DNA of 5,820 bases, taken from the IMG/VR virus record IMGVR_UViG_2802429250_000001; one strand, given 5' to 3'. Of this stretch, positions 5,641 through 5,820 are shown piece by piece (within the stretch, counting starts at the first letter, position 1; the number at the start of each line of letters is the position of its first letter). The notes under the pieces are model-generated. The model was not told where the DNA came from. It did not search any database and worked only from the letters and a program-made list of their open reading frames with translations. The position numbers and the translations under genes are program-made. The DNA comes from a virus. Lineage: Duplodnaviria > Heunggongvirae > Uroviricota > Caudoviricetes.

Positions 5641-5820
5641 ATGAAAAGTACACATGGAAAAGCTGACCATCAACAGAAATTACGGTATGCCACAAAAATG
5701 GTACAGGAGACGCAACAGCAGGATAAAACCACATCGGCATATAAAGTGATGCCCGGTAATCAGAACGCGCAGCAGAAGCCCACAGGGGCGACACCGTGGC
5801 GGCATATGACCAAACGCCAG
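5641..5820 (+). CDS. 5' part of a hypothetical gene that runs off the right edge of the window
   Basis: The frame is open from 5584 to the window end. First ATG at 5641 (MKSTHGKADHQQKLRYATKMVQETQQQDKTTSAYKVMPGNQNAQQKPTGATPWRHMTKRQ...); alternative ATGs at 5698 and 5749. Absent from the ORF track because it has no stop in the window. Shine-Dalgarno is weak. Confidence 0.35.
   Translation, partial: MKSTHGKADHQQKLRYATKMVQETQQQDKTTSAYKVMPGNQNAQQKPTGATPWRHMTKRQ

Noticed and set aside
5558-5794. - strand 78-aa ORF
   Set aside because: GTG start, low-complexity translation, and it overlaps a more plausible + strand open frame beginning at 5641.

Overview
This window reads as the early-control and replication module of a P4-type satellite prophage or related integrative element in an enterobacterial (~50% G+C) genome. 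No searches were run; all calls rest on reading the sequence and ORF track. Layout, left to right: (1) about 540 bp with no convincing ORF that carries three co-oriented Chi octamers; (2) a leftward gene for a small protein with a ribbon-helix-helix-like N-terminus (543-848); (3) a divergent control region with two operator-like inverted repeats and a GC-rich leader hairpin; (4) a rightward operon of six small, translationally coupled ORFs (1036-2690) running into a 599-aa replication protein with D5_N-like and SF3 helicase motifs (2687-4486); (5) a cluster of TGTTCACC/GGTGAACA iterons plus an AT-rich tract just after that gene (4501-4685), matching my recollection of the phage P4 alpha-protein binding sites; (6) two weak small ORFs, then an AT-rich islet encoding a small three-helix membrane protein (5235-5561), then the start of a gene that runs off the window. 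I found no tRNA, rRNA, CRISPR array, integrase or transposase. Only the helicase-type protein and the iteron origin get a family-level assignment, so the six small ORFs, the regulator and the membrane-protein islet are the uncharacterised parts worth follow-up.
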